DNA from: Candidatus Omnitrophota bacterium
GTDB taxonomy: Bacteria; Omnitrophota; Gorgyraeia; S143-82
Assembly: GCA_015494465.1 (NCBI GenBank)
Contig: WGBD01000011.1
Location: 3,553 to 67,552, forward strand
Direction of reading: 5' to 3'
Length of the DNA: 64,000 nt
The notes below the pieces were generated by a model that did no database searches, was not told where the DNA came from, and worked only from the letters and a program-made list of their open reading frames with translations. Both the position numbers and the translations under genes were made by a program. Positions 59,577 to 64,000 of this stretch are shown one piece after another (position 1 is the stretch's first letter; every line of letters starts with the position of its first letter).

Positions 59577-60096
59577 CTCTGCCCACCAGGATCCGATAAC
59601 CAGAGTAAAGGCTCACCAGGACCGACAGGTATGCCAGCCACCTTACCAGCAAAACCAGGGAATCGATTCGGGACAAAAGGGTCGCAAATCCCAATACCAG
59701 GGTAAACATCTGCAGGCCCGTCTTCGTCTTACCCCACCAGAAGGCAGGCACGACACGGTTGTCCTTGCTCAAGACCGCGAACCTGTACAGCGTAAGTCCT
59801 ACCTCCCGCAAGGCCAATACCCCTACTACCCACCAGGGCAAGATCTCCTTCCAGGCCAGGACAGTAAATCCCGCTAGCACCATCACCTTATCGGTTATGG
59901 GATCTATCAACCTCCCAAACTCGCTCTCAAGCAAGAACCGGCGGGCAAGGTAACCGTCCAGCATGTCGGAGAGGCTAGCAATCCCGAAGAGAAATACGGC
60001 AATCCCTATCCTGTCCACATAGAAACAATAGAGGGCCAAGGCAGTCAACGGGATCCTCGAGAGACTGATGAGATTAGGCACCTGTGCCAGGATCAT
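59563..60096 (-). CDS. pgsA: CDP-alcohol phosphatidyltransferase (PgsA-like)
   Basis: PNLISLSR, DMLDGYLARR...GRLIDPITDK and GKTKT motifs. Confidence 0.88.
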   Translation of the reverse strand: MILAQVPNLISLSRIPLTALALYCFYVDRIGIAVFLFGIASLSDMLDGYLARRFLLESEFGRLIDPITDKVMVLAGFTVLAWKEILPWWVVGVLALREVGLTLYRFAVLSKDNRVVPAFWWGKTKTGLQMFTLVLGFATLLSRIDSLVLLVRWLAYLSVLVSLYSGYRILVGRDGSD

Positions 60097-61523
60097 ACAT
60101 CGATAACTTTTAAGCTGTTAGTCGTCCCCGGAACGCCAAAGGGCATGCCCGAGGTGATGACTATCCTGTCTCCCTGGGATACCACATCCAATGCAGAGAG
60201 AAACTGGGTTAGTTCGTCCCCTACTATGTTCAACCGGCTCATGTATATCGGATAGACGCCAAAAGAGAGGTTCAGGATGTTCCTCACGGTGTAGTTGTCG
60301 GTTACCGCTATGATCCACTGCTCCGGACGGAGACGAGATATGCGCCTCGCGGTTGTCCCAGTGGTGGTAGGAGTGACCACGAAGTCCACCGAGCGGTTGC
60401 AGAGTATGTCGTAGGTGGCTATGCTTATCATGTCGTCGATCCTATCGGATTGACGGATCACCTCCCTTATCAGCTCTGCCATGGATCCGGGCTGGACGAG
60501 TTCAGTCTCGGTTATGCGGGCGATCTTCACCGCCATCTTTACCACTTCGACTGGATACTTGCCTACCGCTGTCTCTTCCGAGAACATTATCGCATCCGCT
60601 CCGTCCAATATGGCATTGGCCACATCGGTAACCTCTGCTCGGGTAGGCCTGAGGTTGTCCACCATGGACTCCAACATCTGGGTGGCGACTATCACCGGCT
60701 TTGCCTGCATGTTGGCCACCCTTATGATACGCTTCTGTATCACTGGGATCTCCTCTATAGGAAGCTCAACCCCCAGATCACCCCTGGCAACCATCACCGC
60801 GTCCGCAGACTCGACGATGGCCTCTATGTTCTCAACTGCCTTGCCCCTCTCTATCTTGGCAAGGATAAACGGACGATAGTGGGGATCTTGGGGAAGAAGG
60901 GACTTGGCCTTTTCTATGTCATCGGGGCTACCCACGAACGAGACGCATATCACATCCACCTTGTTCTTCACTCCAAACTCGATACAGGTCTTATCAAAGT
61001 CAGTTATTGCTCCCTCCTTGAACTCTATCCCCGGCACATTTATCCCCTTGTGGGATCGTACCGTCCCGGGCAATAAGGCCCTGGTGAGTATCTCTTTCCC
61101 TCTCACCTCCAGGACCTTGAACTGCAGGACCCCGTCTCCAACGTATATTATGTCCCCCTTGTGGACCTTCTTTTCTAGGCCAGCTATCTCGTGAGGGAGA
61201 TATATTGCATCCTCAAAACTCCTCTTCTTCCCGTCGGAAAAGACGACCAGTTCTCCCTTCTTCACCTCCACGGGCTCTTCTAACTTCCCCAACCTCATCT
61301 TGGGCCCGGGCAGGTCTATTATCACTGCCACACCGCTGTTCAGGTCCTCGGAGACTGAACGGATCCGTTTGATTATCTGGGAGAACTCACTGAAAGTGCC
61401 GTGGGACATGTTCAGACGAAAGCCGTCCACCCCCGCTTTGATTAGTTTGGATATCGTCTTCTCGTCGCTGGAACTGGGACCGATGGTGGCAACTATCTTG
61501 GTCTTTGGGGCCCTGATCCTCAT
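60093..61523 (-). CDS. pyk: Pyruvate kinase
   Basis: TKIVATIGP, RLNMSHG, DLPGPK, KIE, MVARGDLGVE, ATQMLESM and PTRAEVTD motifs. Confidence 0.97.
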   Translation of the reverse strand: MRIRAPKTKIVATIGPSSSDEKTISKLIKAGVDGFRLNMSHGTFSEFSQIIKRIRSVSEDLNSGVAVIIDLPGPKMRLGKLEEPVEVKKGELVVFSDGKKRSFEDAIYLPHEIAGLEKKVHKGDIIYVGDGVLQFKVLEVRGKEILTRALLPGTVRSHKGINVPGIEFKEGAITDFDKTCIEFGVKNKVDVICVSFVGSPDDIEKAKSLLPQDPHYRPFILAKIERGKAVENIEAIVESADAVMVARGDLGVELPIEEIPVIQKRIIRVANMQAKPVIVATQMLESMVDNLRPTRAEVTDVANAILDGADAIMFSEETAVGKYPVEVVKMAVKIARITETELVQPGSMAELIREVIRQSDRIDDMISIATYDILCNRSVDFVVTPTTTGTTARRISRLRPEQWIIAVTDNYTVRNILNLSFGVYPIYMSRLNIVGDELTQFLSALDVVSQGDRIVITSGMPFGVPGTTNSLKVIDV

Positions 61524-62872
61524 GCCAACTCCTTTATCTTCTCCTCCACCAAACTCAACTTCTCCCGCATAAGTTCCTCCGTATTGGCCTCCAGATTCAA
61601 CCTGACGAGGGGTTCAGTATTGGACTTTCTCAGGTTGAACCACCAGTCTCCAAAGTCCATGGTGAGGCCGTCCAGCTTCATTACCTCCTTGGGAGAGAAT
61701 TGAGAAAAGTAGGCCTCCACGCCTGCCAAGACCCGATCTGGATCGCTCACCTTGAAGTTTATCTCGCCAGTGGCGTGGTACTTCCTGATGGAAGAGATGA
61801 TCTGGGAAACGGGCCTCTGGTCCTGAGATACGATGTTCAGGCCCTTGATGAGGGCCAGCAGGCCGCTGTCTGCGAAGTAGTTGTCCCGGAAGTAATAGTG
61901 CCCGGACAACTCCCCACCGAACGGCGCGTCGTGTTTTCTCATCGTCTCCTTTATATAGGCGTGACCTACCCGGGTTATCACCGGTACCCCACCGTTTTCC
62001 CTTATTATTTCCGGAACCACCTTGCTGGAGCGCAGGTCGTAGACTATGTGGGCACCGGGCTCGTTCAGGAGGACCTCTATGGCGATAAGGGCGGTTATCA
62101 TGTCCGAGCTTATGCGATGCCCCTTCTCGTCTATGAACATCACCCTGTCCCCGTCCGCATCGAATATGGCCCCTATGTCCGCCTTTACCTCAAGGACCTT
62201 TCCCCGCAAGAGCCTTATTGCCTCGTCCTTCATGGGATCGGGAGAGTGGTTGGGGAAACGGCCGTCCGGCTCAACGCACAAAGGATACAATTTTACCTGA
62301 GGGATGTGGCGGAAGAGTTCCACCGCCACCGGACCAACCGCCCCGTTGCTGGCATCCAGGACCAGTTTTACCTCCCTGTCCACCTGAACGAACCTCAAAA
62401 GGTGATCTATGTAGTCCTTTACTATGTCCAATTCCCTGACCTTGCCCGGGATAGAGGCCTTCTGCACCTCAAGGTCCCCGGAGGTAACCAATCTCTCTAT
62501 CTCCCCTATTCCCGTCTCGTAACTCAGGGCAATCGCCTGCTCCCGGCATATCTTCATCCCGTTGTACTGCTTAGGGTTGTGGGATGCGGTTATCTGGACA
62601 GTGCATCCAAAGCCGTATCTGCCCGAGGCAAAGTAGGCCATAGGGGTAGAGACAAGGCCGATGTCCACCACATCCCGACCCGATTCGGTGATGGCCCTCG
62701 TCAGGGCGGAGAACAGTTGCGGTGAGGAGGTGCGGGCGTCCCTTCCCACGCAGAACTCCTCCACATTGGGGAACAACTGCACCAGTGCCAGGCCTATCTT
62801 GTAGACTATGTCCTCGTTTATCTCGTCGGGATATACCCCTCTGATGTCGTAGGATCTGAATATACCTGCCAT
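61520..62872 (-). CDS. Phosphomannomutase/phosphoglucomutase
   Basis: FRSYDIRG, TASHNP, DADGDR and GELSGH motifs. Confidence 0.93.
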   Translation of the reverse strand: MAGIFRSYDIRGVYPDEINEDIVYKIGLALVQLFPNVEEFCVGRDARTSSPQLFSALTRAITESGRDVVDIGLVSTPMAYFASGRYGFGCTVQITASHNPKQYNGMKICREQAIALSYETGIGEIERLVTSGDLEVQKASIPGKVRELDIVKDYIDHLLRFVQVDREVKLVLDASNGAVGPVAVELFRHIPQVKLYPLCVEPDGRFPNHSPDPMKDEAIRLLRGKVLEVKADIGAIFDADGDRVMFIDEKGHRISSDMITALIAIEVLLNEPGAHIVYDLRSSKVVPEIIRENGGVPVITRVGHAYIKETMRKHDAPFGGELSGHYYFRDNYFADSGLLALIKGLNIVSQDQRPVSQIISSIRKYHATGEINFKVSDPDRVLAGVEAYFSQFSPKEVMKLDGLTMDFGDWWFNLRKSNTEPLVRLNLEANTEELMREKLSLVEEKIKELA

Positions 62873-62916
62873 CCCGTCTTTACCCCCCGTAGAATACCAA
62901 TGCCCTCAGCCTCTTC

Positions 62917-64000
62917 TTAAGCACCGTACTTCTTCAACTTGCCAGCGTGGGCCATCATAAGCGGCATCAACTGCATAGAGTACATTCGCCCCAACGACCC
63001 CTTCAACGCCTCCTTCTCGGTGAATCGCTCACAGGGATCGTAGCGCAGATAAGGGGCGGACAATAACACCGGAACCGGATGCCAAGAGTGGGCCTTTAAT
63101 ACGCAAGGCGTAGAGTGATCCCCGGTGATGGCCAACACATCCGGCTTTTTATCCAGTATCCTCGGCAATACTGCATCAAAGGCCTCTATCTGGTGGACCT
63201 TACTCTCAAAATTGCCGTCCTCTCCGTAGCTGTCGGTCTTCTTTATGTGCAGAAAGATGTAATCGTACTTGTCGAAGTTATCCTCGAACAAGGCAATCTT
63301 TTCCTCCAAAAGCTCACCGTGTCCTTCGAGCTTCAACACCTCCATACCGACCACCCGGGCGATCCCCTTGTACATGGGATAGGAGGCTACCGCACCGGGG
63401 TTCAACTTGTATATCTCGCGCATAGAAGGGATGTTCGGCAGTTTGTCAAAGCCCCGCAGGAGGACCATGTTTGCAGGATGCTCGTCCTTCAAGACCTCTT
63501 TTACTATGTCTATAAACTTCTTCACCACTTCAGCGGTCTTTTTGGACGACTCGTCCAAGGCAACGGGGTCCAGGGGCAGGAGCCCGGTTTTCTGGGGATC
63601 GGTATCGCTCACATGGGGCCCCAACCCTTCTCCGGAAAGGAGCAGAACAAACCTATGCTCCTCTTCGGGCCTAACGGTTATCTTGACTCCGTCTATCTCC
63701 TGAACCGCAGAGGATATCTTCTCGCACAACTTTGCGTTCAATTCCGTCGGGATCCTGCCCGCGCGACGATCTACGACCTTGCCGGAGGAGTCAACCGTGC
63801 AGAAGTTGCCCCGCGCAGCGACATCGTTTGGTCCCATCTCTAGGCCTATCCCGAGGGCAGAGAGAACCCCCCTTCCTATCCAGTACCTCAACGGGTTGTA
63901 TCCAAAGAGTCCGAGGTGTCCCGGCCCACTGCCCGGGGTGATGCCCGGATATATTGGATCCATCAATCCCAACGCGGAGTTGACTGCGAGCCTGTCCAGG
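62917..64000 (-). CDS. apgM: 2,3-bisphosphoglycerate-independent phosphoglycerate mutase, ApgM type (5' end outside window)
   Basis: PGSGPGHL, DRRAGRI, HIKKTDSYGEDG, TGDHSTP and HSWHPVP motifs; frame is open to the window edge. Confidence 0.92.
   Translation of the reverse strand, partial: LDRLAVNSALGLMDPIYPGITPGSGPGHLGLFGYNPLRYWIGRGVLSALGIGLEMGPNDVAARGNFCTVDSSGKVVDRRAGRIPTELNAKLCEKISSAVQEIDGVKITVRPEEEHRFVLLLSGEGLGPHVSDTDPQKTGLLPLDPVALDESSKKTAEVVKKFIDIVKEVLKDEHPANMVLLRGFDKLPNIPSMREIYKLNPGAVASYPMYKGIARVVGMEVLKLEGHGELLEEKIALFEDNFDKYDYIFLHIKKTDSYGEDGNFESKVHQIEAFDAVLPRILDKKPDVLAITGDHSTPCVLKAHSWHPVPVLLSAPYLRYDPCERFTEKEALKGSLGRMYSMQLMPLMMAHAGKLKKYGA

Noticed and set aside
30455-62725. Long plus-strand ORFs such as 30455-31549, 35464-36525, 37540-38598, 48442-49434, 56625-57518 and 61700-62725
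   Set aside because: Each lies opposite a well-supported minus-strand gene; explained by codon bias that suppresses antisense stops
1-64000. CRISPR arrays, tandem repeat arrays, IS elements, rRNA, defence or retroelement genes
   Set aside because: None seen; intergenic gaps are all under about 170 nt and the window is almost fully tiled by recognisable genes

Overview
Compact bacterial core-genome segment. All ~65 supported CDSs and 3 tRNAs lie on the minus strand, and many overlap. The organism is diderm and makes LPS (lpxB, kdsB, heptose enzymes). A PEP-CTERM protein, a DUF1571-like protein and charged, compact proteins suggest, by inference only, a PVC/Omnitrophota-like, possibly thermophilic anaerobe. 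In transcription order (right to left): apgM(partial)-pmm-pyk-pgsA-trpF-Ig-like protein; tRNA-Arg-hisC-aroF-envelope/unknown genes-rnhB-yraN-M48 peptidase-recO; a rearranged dcw cluster (mraZ-rsmH-ftsL-ftsI-murE-murF-prfB-murG); peptidase-cyclohydrolase-tRNA nucleotidyltransferase-kdsB-pyrG-gnnA-like-lpxB-hisF-PIN/PhoH-rnc-aminotransferase-ldhA; lysC; tRNA-Gly-gpsA-rfaE2-thiE-thiC-Cys-rich ORF-tsaD-dapB-ahcY; tRNA-Glu-thrS-infC-rpmI-rplT-pheS-pheT; pta-ackA-lipoprotein-lipB-gcvT-H-PA-PB-GT9-lgt-rluD; PEP-CTERM gene; gltB(partial). I saw no mobile element, CRISPR array, rRNA or defence island, and no unambiguous novel system. The best leads are an orphan multi-CxxC protein between thiC and tsaD, a pta-ackA-glycine cleavage operon with a palindromic operator candidate, promoters built on upstream stop codons, a minimal tRNA nucleotidyltransferase, tRNA-headed operons, and a frameshift-free prfB inside the dcw cluster. 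All family assignments come from motif recognition by eye; no searches were run.
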